Shown here: in pieces, positions 27,354-40,600 of the stretch | How positions within the stretch are numbered: the stretch's first letter is position 1 | Layout: each line of letters begins with the position of its first letter | Source: Auanema rhodensis | Lineage: Eukaryota; Animalia; Nematoda | Assembly: GCA_964057225.1 (NCBI GenBank) | Contig: OZ059896.1 | Coordinates: forward strand, 2,914,001 to 2,978,000 | DNA: 64,000 nucleotides | Direction: 5' to 3' | Notes under the pieces: model-generated | Told to the model about the DNA's origin: nothing | Database searches by the model: none | Seen by the model: only the letters and a program-made list of their open reading frames with translations | Position numbers and translations under genes: made by a program

Positions 27354-29454
27354 CACCGAGATATCAACTGATATAAGTTCACACTTATATCCTCGATTTT
27401 CACCCTGAAGAATTAATTTTTTCGTTGAATAACATTGTCCATCGTTTTTGCCTCAAAAAAAGGAATCTGAAAACATCTACTTTTTGCGAAATTATTTTGA
27501 AATTTTTCGAAAAAATTTTGTCAAAATGTTTTTGGAAGCAATGTTGAGTGTACATGGAAACTCAACATACACTAATGCATCATTTTTCAAACGATCATAA
27601 CTAATTTTTGTGATGAGCGTTTCTACATGTAGTATAGTGCATTCGATGCGGATTTTTAAGCTGCGTCGATCTGTGCTATCAGATTTGCGCTAGCTTAAAA
27701 ATGCACCGAGATATCAACTGATATAAGTTCACACTTATATCCTCGATTTTCACCCTGAAGAATTAATTTTTTCGTTGAATAACATTGTCCATCGTTTTTG
27801 CCTTGAAAAAAGGAATCTAAAAACATCTACTTTTTGCGAAATTATTTTGAAATTTTTCGAAAAAATTTTGTCAAAATGTTTTTGGAAGCAATGTTGAGTG
27901 TACATGGAAACTCAACATACACTAATGCATCATTTTTCAAACGATCATAACTAATTTTTGTATTAAGCTTTTCTCAATGTAATATAGTGCATTCGATGCG
28001 GATTTTTAAGCTGCGTCGATCTGTGCTATCAGATTTGCGCTAGCTTAAAAATGCACCGAGATATCAACTGATATAAGTTCACACTTATATCCTCGATTTT
28101 CACCCTGAAGAATTAATTTTTTCGTTGAATAACATTGTCCATCGTTTTTGCCTTGAAAAAAGGAATCTAAAAACATCTACTTTTTGCGAAATTATTTTGA
28201 AATTTTTCGAAAAAATTTTGTCAAAATGTTTTTGGAAGCAATGTTGAGTGTACATGGAAACTCAACATACACTAATGCATCATTTTTCAAACGATCATAA
28301 CTAATTTTTGTATTAAGCTTTTCTTAATGTAGTATAGTGCATTCGATGCGGAATTTTAAGCTGCGTCGATCTGTGTTATCAGATTTGCGCTAGCTTGAAA
28401 ATGCACCGAGATATCAACTGATATAAGTTCACACTTATATCCTCGATTTTCACCCTGAAGAATTAATTTTTTCGTTGAATAACATTGTCCATCGTTTTTG
28501 CCTTGAAAGGAGAAATCTAAAAACATCTACTTTTTGCTAAATTATTTTGAAATTTTTTGAAAAAATTTTTGTCAAAATGTTTTTGGAAGCAATGTTGAGT
28601 GTACATGGAAACTCAACATACACTAATGCATCATTTTTCAAACGATCATAACTAATTTTTGTGATGAGCGTTTCTACATGTAGTATAGTGCATTCGATGC
28701 GGATTTTTAAGCTGCGTCGATCTGTGTTATCAGATTTGCGCTAGCTTAAAAATGCACCGAGATATCAACTGATATAAGTTCACACTTATATCCTCGATTT
28801 TCACCCTGAAGAATTAATTTTTTCGTTGAATAACATTGTCCATCGTTTTTGCCTCAAAAAAAGGAATCTGAAAACATCTACTTTTTGCGAAATTATTTTG
28901 AAATTTTTCGAAAAAATTTTGTCAAAATGTTTTTGGAAGCAATGTTGAGTGTACATGGAAACTCAACATACACTAATGCATCATTTTTCAAACGATCATA
29001 ACTAATTTTTGTGATGAGCGTTTCTACATGTAGTATAGTGCATTCGATGCGGATTTTTAAGCTGCGTCGATCTGTGCTATCAGATTTGCGCTAGCTTAAA
29101 AATGCACCGAGATATCAACTGATATAAGTTCACACTTATATCCTCGATTTTCACCCTGAAGAATTAATTTTTTCGTTGAATAACATTGTCCATCGTTTTT
29201 GCCTTGAAAAAAGGAATCTAAAAACATCTACTTTTTGCGAAATTATTTTGAAATTTTTCGAAAAAATTTTGTCAAAATGTTTTTGGAAGCAATGTTGAGT
29301 GTACATGGAAACTCAACATACACTAATGCATCATTTTTCAAACGATCATAACTAATTTTTGTATTAAGCTTTTCTTAATGTAGTATAGTGCATTCGATGC
29401 GGAATTTTAAGCTGCGTCGATCTGTGTTATCAGATTTGCGCTAGCTTGAAAATG
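26653..29454 (+). repeat. 4-monomer duplication (1401-bp period)
   Basis: GAAAGGAGAAATC is seen only at ~27104 and ~28505, and each is followed by the same CTCAAAAAAAGGAATCTG / GTGATGAG monomer. Confidence 0.82.
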
Positions 29455-32400
29455 CACCGAGATATCAACTGATATAAGTTCACACTTATATCCTCGATTT
29501 TCACCCTGAAGAATTAATTTTTTCGTTGAATAACATTGTCCATCGTTTTTGCCTTGAAAGAAGAAATCTAAAAACATCTACTTTTTGCTAAATTATTTTG
29601 AAATTTTTTGAAAAAATTTTTGTCAAAATGTTTTTGGAAGCAATGTTGAGTGTACATGGAAACTCAACATACACTAATGCATCATTTTTCAAACGATCAT
29701 AACTAATTTTTGTATTAAGCGTTTCTCAATGTAGTATAGTGCATTCGATGCGGATTATTAAGCTGCGTCGATCTGTACTATCAGATTTGCGCTAGCTTAA
29801 AGATGCACCGAGATATCAACTGATATAAGTTCACACCTATATCCTCGATTTTCACCCTGAAGAATTAATTTTTTCGTTGAATAACATTGTCCATCGTTTT
29901 TGCCTCGAAAAAAGGAATCTAAAAACATCTACTTTTTGCTAAATTATTTTGAAATTTTTCGAAAAAATTTTTGTCAAAATGTTTTTGGAAGCAATGTTGA
30001 GTGTACATGGAAACTCAACATACACTAATGCATCATTTTTCAAACGATCATAACTAATTTTTGTATTGAGCGTTTCTCCATGTAGTATAGTGCATTCGAT
30101 GCGGATTATTAAGCTGCGTCGATCTGTGCTATCAGATTTGCGCTAGCTTAAAAATGCACCGAGATATCAACTGATATAAGTTCACACTTATATCCTCGAT
30201 TTTCACCCTGAAGAATTAATTTTTTCGTTGAATAACATTGTCCATCGTTTTTGCCTCAAAAAAAGGAATCTGAAAACATCTACTTTTTGCGAAATTATTT
30301 TGAAATTTTTCGAAAAAATTTTGTCAAAATGTTTTTGGAAGCAATGTTGAGTGTACATGGAAACTCAACATACACTAATGCATCATTTTTCAAACGATCA
30401 TAACTAATTTTTGTATTAAGCTTTTCTCAATGTAATATAGTGAATTCGATGCGGATTTTTAAGCTGCGTCGATCTGTGCTATCAGATTTGCGCTAGCTTA
30501 AAAATGCACCGAGATATCAACTGATATAAGTTCACACCTATATCCTCGATTTTCACCCTGAAGAATTAATTTTTTCGTTGAATAACATTGTCCATCGTTT
30601 TTGCCTCGAAAAAAGGAATCTAAAAACATCTACTTTTTGCGAAATTATTTTGAAATTTTTCGAAAAAATTTTGTCAAAATGTTTTTGGAAGCAATGTTGA
30701 GTGTACATGGAAACTCAACATACACTAATGCATCATTTTTCAAACGATCATAACTAATTTTTGTATTAAGCTTTTCTTAATGTAGTATAGTGCATTCGAT
30801 GCGGAATTTTAAGCTGCGTCGATCTGTGTTATCAGATTTGCGCTAGCTTGAAAATGCACCGAGATATCAACTGATATAAGTTCACACTTATATCCTCGAT
30901 TTTCACCCTGAAGAATTAATTTTTTCGTTGAATAACATTGTCCATTGTTTTTGCCTTGAAAGAAGAAATCTAAAAACATCTACTTTTTGCTAAATTATTT
31001 TGAAATTTTTTGAAAAAATTTTTGTCAAAATGTTTTTGGAAGCAATGTTGAGTGTACATGGAAACTCAACATACACTAATGCATCATTTTTCAAACGATC
31101 ATAACTAATTTTTGTGATGAGCGTTTCTACATGTAGTATAGTGCATTCGATGCGGATTTTTAAGCTGCGTCGATCTGTGTTATCAGATTTGCGCTAGCTT
31201 AAAAATGCACCGAGATATCAACTGATATAAGTTCACACTTATATCCTCGATTTTCACCCTGAAGAATTAATTTTTTCGTTGAATAACATTGTCCATCGTT
31301 TTTGCCTTGAAAAAAGGAATCTAAAAACATCTACTTTTTGCGAAATTATTTTGAAATTTTTCGAAAAAATTTTGTCAAAATGTTTTTGGAAGCAATGTTG
31401 AGTGTACATGGAAACTCAACATACACTAATGCATCATTTTTCAAACAATCATAACTAATTTTTGTATTGAGCGTTTCTCCATGTAGTATAGTGCATTCGA
31501 TGCGGATTATTAAGCTGCGTCGATCTGTGCTATCAGATTTGCGCTAGCTTAAAAATGCACCGAGATATCAACTGATATAAGTTCACACTTATATCCTCGA
31601 TTTTCACCCTGAAGAATTAATTTTTTCGTTGAATAACATTGTCCATCGTTTTTGCCTTGAAAGAAGGAATCTAAAAACATCTACTTTTTGCGAAATTATT
31701 TTGAAATTTTTCGAAAAAATTTTGTCAAAATGTTTTTGGAAGCAATGTTGAGTGTACATGGAAACTCAACATACACTAATGCATCATTTTTCAAACGATC
31801 ATAACTAATTTTTGTATTAAGCTTTTCTTAATGTAGTATAGTGCATTCGATGCGGAATTTTAAGCTGCGTCGATCTGTGTTATCAGATTTGCGCTAGCTT
31901 GAAAATGCCCCGAGATATCAACTGATATAAGTTCACACTTATATCCTCGATTTTCACCCTGAAGAATTAATTTTTTCGTTGAATAACATTGTCCATCGTT
32001 TTTGCCTTGAAAAAAGGAATCTAAAAACATCTACTTTTTGCTAAATTATTTTGAAATTTTTTGAAAAAATTTTTGTCAAAATGTTTTTGGAAGCAATGTT
32101 GAGTGTACATGGAACGATCATAACTAATTTTTGTATTAAGCGTTTCTCAATGTAATATAGTGCATTCGATGCGGATTTTTAAGCTGCGTCGATCTGTGTT
32201 ATCAGATTTGCGGTAGCTTAAAAATGCACCGAGATATTAACTGATATAAGTTCACACTTATATCCTCGATTTTCACCCTGAAGAATTAATTTTTTCGTTG
32301 AATAACATTGTCCATCGTTTTTGCCTCAAAAAAAGGAATCTAAAAACATCTACTTTTTGCGAAATTATTTTGAAATTTTTCGAAAAAATTTTGTCAAAAT

Positions 32401-34679
32401 GTTTTTGGAAGCAATGTTGAGTGTACATGGAAACTCAACATACACTAATGCATCATTTTTCAAACGATCATAACTAATTTTTGTATTAAGCTTTCCTCAA
32501 TGTAATATAGTGCATTCGATGCGGTTTTTTAAGCTGCGTCGATCTGTGTTATCAGATTTGCGCTAGCTTAAAAATGCACCGAGATATTAACTGATATAAG
32601 TTCACACTTATATCCTCGATTTTCACCCTGAAGAATTAATTTTTTCGTTGAATAACATTGTCCATCGTTTTTGCCTCAAAAAAAGGAATCTAAAAACATC
32701 TACTTTTTGCGAAATTATTTTGAAATTTTTCGAAAAAATTTTGTCAAAATGTTTTTGGAAGCAATGTTGAGTGTACATGGAAACTCAACATACACTAATG
32801 CATCATTTTTCAAACGATCATAACTAATTTTTGTATTAAGCTTTCCTCAATGTAATATAGTGCATTCGATGCGGTTTTTTAAGCTGCGTCGATCTGTGTT
32901 ATCAGATTTGCGCTAGCTTAAAAATGCACCGAGATATTAACTGATATAAGTTCACACTTATATCCTCGATTTTCACCCTGAAGAATTAATTTTTTCGTTG
33001 AATAACATTGTCCATCGTTTTTGCCTTGAGAGAAGGAATCTAAAAACATCTACTTTTTGCTAAATTATTTTGAAATTTTTCGAAAAAATTTTTGTCAAAA
33101 TGTTTTTGGAAGCAATGTTGAGTGTACATGGAAACTCAACATACACTAATGCATCATTTTTCAAAAGATCATAACTAATTTTTGTATTAAGCGTTTCTCA
33201 ATGTAATATAGTGCATTCGATGCGGATTTTTAAGCTGCGTCGATCTGTGTTATCAGATTTGCGCTAGCTTAAAAATGCACCGAGATATTAACTGATATAA
33301 GTTCACACTTATATCCTCGATTTTCACCCTGAAGAATTAATTTTTTCGTTGAATAACATTGTCCATCGTTTTTGCCTCAAAAAAAGGAATCTAAAAACAT
33401 CTACTTTTTGCGAAATTATTTTGAAATTTTTCGAAAAAATTTTGTCAAAATGTTTTTGGAAGCAATGTTGAGTGTACATGGAAACTCAACATACACTAAT
33501 GCATCATTTTTCAAACGATCATAACTAATTTTTGTATTAAGCTTTTCTTAATGTAGTATAGTGCATTCGATGCGGAATTTTAAGCTGCGTCGATCTGTGT
33601 TATCAGATTTGCGCTAGCTTAAAAATGCACCGAGATATCATCTGATATAAGTTCACACTTATATCCTCGATTTTCACCCTGAAGAATTAATTTTTTCGTT
33701 GAATAACATTGTCCATCGTTTTTGCCTTGAAAGAAGGAATCTAAAAACATCTACTTTTTGCTAAATTATTTTGAAATTTTTCGAAAAAATTTTTGTCAAA
33801 ATGTTTTTGGAAGCAATTTTGAGTGTACATGGAAACTCAACATACACTAATGCATCATTTTTCAAACGATCATAACTAATTTTTGTATTAAGCTTTCCTC
33901 AATGTACTATAGTGCATTCGATGCGGATTTTTAAGCTGCGTCGATCTGTGTTATCAGATTTGCGCTAGCTTAAAAATGCACCGAGATATCAACTGATATA
34001 AGTTCACACTTATATCCTCGATTTTCTCCCTGAAGAATTAATTTTTTCGTTGAATAACATCGTCCATCGTTTTTGCCTTGAAAGAAGGAATCTAAAAACA
34101 TCTACTTTTTGCTAAATTATTTTGAAATTTTTCGAAAAAATTTTTGTCAAAATGTTTTTGGAAGCAATTTTGAGTGTACATGGAAACTCAACATACACTA
34201 ATGCATCATTTTTCAAACGATCATAACTAATTTTTGTATTAAGCTTTTCTTAATGTAGTATAGTGCATTCGATGCGGACTTTTAAGCTGCGTCGATCTGT
34301 GTTATCAGATTTGCGCTAGCTTAAAAATGCACCGAGATATTAACTGATATAAGTTCACACTTATATCCTCGATTTTCACCCTGAAAAATTAATTTTTTCG
34401 TTGAATAACATTGTCCATCGTTTTTGCCTCAAAAAAAGGAATCTAAAAACATCTACTTTTTGCGAAATTATTTTGAAATTTTTCGAAAAAATTTTGTCAA
34501 AATGTTTTTGGAAGCAATGTTGAGTGTACATGGAAACTCAACATACACTAATGCATCATTTTTCAAACGATCATAACTAATTTTTGTGATGAGCGTTTCT
34601 CCATGTAGTATAGAGCATTCGATGCGGATTTTTAAGCTGCGTCGATCTGTACTATCAGATTTGCGCTAGCTTGAAAATG

Positions 34680-37600
34680 CACCGAGATATGAACTGATAT
34701 AAGTTCACACTTATATCCTCGATTTTCACCCTGAAGAATTAATTTTTTCGTTGAATAACATTGTCCATCGTTTTTGCCTTGAAAGAAGGAATCTAAAAAC
34801 ATCTACTTTTTGCTAAATTATTTTGAAATTTTTCGAAAAAATTTTTGTCAAAATGTTTTTGGAAGCAATTTTGAGTGTACATGGAAACTCAACATACACT
34901 AATGCATCATTTTTCAAACAATCATAACTAATTTTTGTATTAAGCTTTCCTCAATGTAATATAGTGCATTCGATGCGGATTTTTAAGCTGCGTCGATCTG
35001 TGTTATCAGATTTGCGCTAGCTTAAAAATGCACCGAGATATCAACTGATATAAGTTCACACTTATATCCTCGATTTTCACCCTGAAGAATTAATTTTTTC
35101 GTTGAATAACATTGTCCATCGTTTTTGCCTTGAAAAAAGGAATCTGAAAACATCTACTTTTTGCTAAATTATTTTGAAATTTTTCGAAAAAATTTTTGTC
35201 AAAATGTTTTTGGAAGCAATTTTGAGTGTACATGGAAACTCAACATACACTAATGCATCATTTTTCAAACGATCATAACTAATTTTTGTATTAAGCTTTG
35301 CTTAATGTAGTATAGTGCATTCGATGCGGACTTTTAAGCTGCGTCGATCTGTGTTATCAGATTTGCGCTAGCTTAAAAATGCACCGAGATATCAACTGAT
35401 ATAAGTTCACACTTATATCCTCGATTTTCACCCTGAAGAATTAATTTTTTCGTTGAATAACATTGTCCATCGTTTTTGCCTTGAAAGAAGGAATCTAAAA
35501 ACATCTACTTTTTGCTAAATTATTTTGAAATTTTTCGAAAAAATTTTTGTCAAAATGTTTTTGGAAGCAATTTTGAGTGTACATGGAAACTCAACATACA
35601 CTAATGCATCATTTTTCAAACGATCATAACTAATTTTTGTATTAAGCTTTCCTCAATGTAATATAGTGCATTCGATGCGGATTTTTAAGCTGCGTCGATC
35701 TGTGTTATCAGATTTGCGCTAGCTTAAAAATGCACCGAGATATCAACTGATATAAGTTCACACTTATATCCTCGATTTTCACCCTGAAGAATTAATTTTT
35801 TCGTTGAATAACATTGTCCATCGTTTTTGCCTTGAAAGAAGGAATCTAAAAACATCTACTTTTTGCTAAATTATTTTGAAATTTTTCGAAAAAATTTTTG
35901 TCAAAATGTTTTTGGAAGCAATTTTGAGTGTACATGGAAACTCAACTTACACTAATGCATCATTTTTCAAACGATCATAACTAATTTTTGTGATGAGCGT
36001 TTCTCCATGTAGTATAATGCATTCGATGCGGATTTTTAAGCTGCGTCGATCTGTGTTATCAGATTTGCGCTAGCTTAAAAATGCACCGAGATATCAACTG
36101 ATATAAGTTCACACTTATATCCTCGATTTTCACCCTGAAGAATTAATTTTTTCGTTGAATAACATTGTCCATCGTTTTTGCCTTGAAAGAAGGAATCTAA
36201 AAACATCTACTTTTTGCTAAATTATTTTGAAATTTTTCGAAAAAATTTTTGTCAAAATGTTTTTGGAAGCAATTTTGAGTGTACATGGAAACTCAACATA
36301 CACTAATGCATCATTTTTCAAACAATCATAACTAATTTTTGTATTAAGCTTTCCTCAATGTAATATAGTGCATTCGATGCGGATTTTTAAGCTGCGTCGA
36401 TCTGTGTTATCAGATTTGCGCTAGCTTAAAAATGCACCGAGATATCAACTGATATAAGTTCACACTTATATCCTCGATTTTCACCCTGAAGAATTAATTT
36501 TTTCGTTGAATAACATTGTCCATCGTTTTTGCCTTGAAAAAAGGAATCTGAAAACATCTACTTTTTGCTAAATTATTTTGAAATTTTTCGAAAAAATTTT
36601 TGTCAAAATGTTTTTGGAAGCAATTTTGAGTGTACATGGAAACTCAACATACACTAATGCATCATTTTTCAAACGATCATAACTAATTTTTGTATTAAGC
36701 TTTGCTTAATGTAGTATAGTGCATTCGATGCGGACTTTTAAGCTGCGTCGATCTGTGTTATCAGATTTGCGCTAGCTTAAAAATGCACCGAGATATCAAC
36801 TGATATAAGTTCACACTTATATCCTCGATTTTCACCCTGAAGAATTAATTTTTTCGTTGAATAACATTGTCCATCGTTTTTGCCTTGAAAGAAGGAATCT
36901 AAAAACATCTACTTTTTGCTAAATTATTTTGAAATTTTTCGAAAAAATTTTTGTCAAAATGTTTTTGGAAGCAATTTTGAGTGTACATGGAAACTCAACA
37001 TACACTAATGCATCATTTTTCAAACGATCATAACTAATTTTGGTATTAAGCTTTCCTCAATGTAATATAGTGCATTCGATGCGGATTTTTAAGCTGCGTC
37101 GATCTGTGTTATCAGATTTGCGCTAGCTTAAAAATGCACCGAGATATCAACTGATATAAGTTCACACTTATATCCTCGATTTTCACCCTGAAGAATTAAT
37201 TTTTTCGTTGAATAACATTGTCCATCGTTTTTGCCTTGAAAGAAGGAATCTAAAAACATCTACTTTTTGCTAAATTATTTTGAAATTTTTCGAAAAAATT
37301 TTTGTCAAAATGTTTTTGGAAGCAATTTTGAGTGTACATGGAAACTCAACTTACACTAATGCATCATTTTTCAAACGATCATAACTAATTTTTGTATTAA
37401 GCTTTGCTTAATGTAGTATAATGCATTCGATGCGGATTTTTAAGCTGCGTCGATCTGTGTTATCAGATTTGCGCTAGCTTAAAAATGCACCGAGATATCA
37501 ACTGATATAAGTTCACACTTATATCCTCGATTTTCACCCTGAAGAATTAATTTTTTCGTTGAATAACATTGTCCATCGTTTTTGCCTTGAAAGAAGGAAT

Positions 37601-40600
37601 CTAAAAACATCTACTTTTTGCTAAATTATTTTGAAATTTTTCGAAAAAATTTTTGTCAAAATGTTTTTGGAAGCAATTTTGAGTGTACATGGAAACTCAA
37701 CATACACTATTGCATCATTTTTCAAACGATCATAACTAATTTTTGTATTAAGCTTTTCTCAATGTAATATAGTGCATTCGATGCGGATTTTTAAGCTGCG
37801 TCGATCTGTGTTATCAGATTTGCGCTAGCTTAAAAATGCACCGAGATATTAACTGATATAAGTTCACACTTATATCCTCGATTTTCACCCTGAAGAATTA
37901 ATTTTTTCGTTGAATAACATTGTCCATCGTTTTTGCCTTGAAAGAAGGAATCTAAAAACATCTACTTTTTGCTAAATTATTTTGAAATTTTTCGAAAAAA
38001 TTTTTGTCAAAATGTTTTTGGAAGCAATTTTGAGTGTACATGGAAACTCAACTTACACTAATGCATCATTTTTCAAACGATCATAACTAATTTTTGTGAT
38101 GAGCGTTTCTCCATGTAGTATAATGCATTCGATGCGGATTTTTAAGCTGCGTCGATCTGTGTTATCAGATTTGCGCTAGCTTAAAAATGCACCGAGATAT
38201 CAACTGATATAAGTTCACACTTATATCCTCGATTTTCACCCTGAAGAATTAATTTTTTCGTTGAATAACATTGTCCATCGTTTTTGCCTTGAAAGAAGGA
38301 ATCTAAAAACATCTACTTTTTGCTAAATTATTTTGAAATTTTTCGAAAAAATTTTTGTCAAAATGTTTTTGGAAGCAATTTTGAGTGTACATGGAAACTC
38401 AACATACACTATTGCATCATTTTTCAAACGATCATAACTAATTTTTGTATTAAGCTTTTCTCAATGTAATATAGTGCATTCGATGCGGATTTTTAAGCTG
38501 CGTCGATCTGTGTTATCAGATTTGCGCTAGCTTAAAAATGCACCGAGATATTAACTGATATAAGTTCACACTTATATCCTCGATTTTCACCCTGAAGAAT
38601 TAATTTTTTCGTTGAATAACATTGTCCATCGTTTTTGCCTTGAAAGAAGGAATCTAAAAACATCTACTTTTTGCTAAATTATTTTGAAATTTTTCGAAAA
38701 AATTTTTGTCAAAATGTTTTTGGAAGCAATTTTGAGTGTACATGGAAACTCAACATACACTAATGCATCATTTTTCAAACGATCATAACTAATTTTGGTA
38801 TTAAGCTTTCCTCAATGTAATATAGTGCATTCGATGCGGATTTTTAAGCTGCGTCGATCTGTGTTATCAGATTTGCGCTAGCTTAAAAATGCACCGAGAT
38901 ATCAACTGATATAAGTTCACACTTATATCCTCGATTTTCACCCTGAAGAATTAATTTTTTCGTTGAATAACATTGTCCATCGTTTTTGCCTTGAAAGAAG
39001 GAATCTAAAAACATCTACTTTTTGCTAAATTATTTTGAAATTTTTCGAAAAAATTTTTGTCAAAATGTTTTTGGAAGCAATTTTGAGTGTACATGGAAAC
39101 TCAACTTACACTAATGCATCATTTTTCAAACGATCATAACTAATTTTTGTGATGAGCGTTTCTCCATGTAGTATAATGCATTCGATGCGGATTTTTAAGC
39201 TGCGTCGATCTGTGTTATCAGATTTGCGCTAGCTTAAAAATGCACCGAGATATCAACTGATATAAGTTCACACTTATATCCTCGATTTTCACCCTGAAGA
39301 ATTAATTTTTTCGTTGAATAACATTGTCCATCGTTTTTGCCTTGAAAGAAGGAATCTAAAAACATCTACTTTTTGCTAAATTATTTTGAAATTTTTCGAA
39401 AAAATTTTTGTCAAAATGTTTTTGGAAGCAATTTTGAGTGTACATGGAAACTCAACTTACACTAATGCATCATTTTTCAAACGATCATAACTAATTTTTG
39501 TGATGAGCGTTTCTCCATGTAGTATAATGCATTCGATGCGGATTTTTAAGCTGCGTCGATCTGTGTTATCAGATTTGCGCTAGCTTAAAAATGCACCGAG
39601 ATATCAACTGATATAAGTTCACACTTATATCCTCGATTTTCACCCTGAAGAATTAATTTTTTCGTTGAATAACATTGTCCATCGTTTTTGCCTTGAAAGA
39701 AGGAATCTAAAAACATCTACTTTTTGCTAAATTATTTTGAAATTTTTCGAAAAAATTTTTGTCAAAATGTTTTTGGAAGCAATTTTGAGTGTACATGGAA
39801 ACTCAACATACACTATTGCATCATTTTTCAAACGATCATAACTAATTTTTGTATTAAGCTTTTCTCAATGTAATATAGTGCATTCGATGCGGATTTTTAA
39901 GCTGCGTCGATCTGTGTTATCAGATTTGCGCTAGCTTAAAAATGCACCGAGATATTAACTGATATAAGTTCACACTTATATCCTCGATTTTCACCCTGAA
40001 GAATTAATTTTTTCGTTGAATAACATTGTCCATCGTTTTTGCCTTGAAAGAAGGAATCTAAAAACATCTACTTTTTGCTAAATTATTTTGAAATTTTTCG
40101 AAAAAATTTTTGTCAAAATGTTTTTGGAAGCAATTTTGAGTGTACATGGAAACTCAACTTACACTAATGCATCATTTTTCAAACGATCATAACTAATTTT
40201 TGTGATGAGCGTTTCTCCATGTAGTATAATGCATTCGATGCGGATTTTTAAGCTGCGTCGATCTGTGTTATCAGATTTGCGCTAGCTTAAAAATGCACCG
40301 AGATATCAACTGATATAAGTTCACACTTATATCCTCGATTTTCACCCTGAAGAATTAATTTTTTCGTTGAATAACATTGTCCATCGTTTTTGCCTTGAAA
40401 GAAGGAATCTAAAAACATCTACTTTTTGCTAAATTATTTTGAAATTTTTCGAAAAAATTTTTGTCAAAATGTTTTTGGAAGCAATTTTGAGTGTACATGG
40501 AAACTCAACATACACTATTGCATCATTTTTCAAACGATCATAACTAATTTTTGTATTAAGCTTTTCTCAATGTAATATAGTGCATTCGATGCGGATTTTT

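Larger units (their letters stand above)
1..32226 (+). repeat. Left variant domain of the satellite
   Basis: Variants ACACCTAT, GGATTATTAAG, TTAAAGATG, GTGCTAT, TTTTTTGAAAA, TTGGGCTAG and TTCTACATG are seen here and were not seen after ~32.2 kb. CAATGTTGAG is the majority allele. Confidence 0.85.

Noticed and set aside
35920-35950. CAACTTAC as a compensatory change for CAATTTTGAG in the 188-215 hairpin
   Set aside because: The two changes are at non-paired positions and weaken the stem further.
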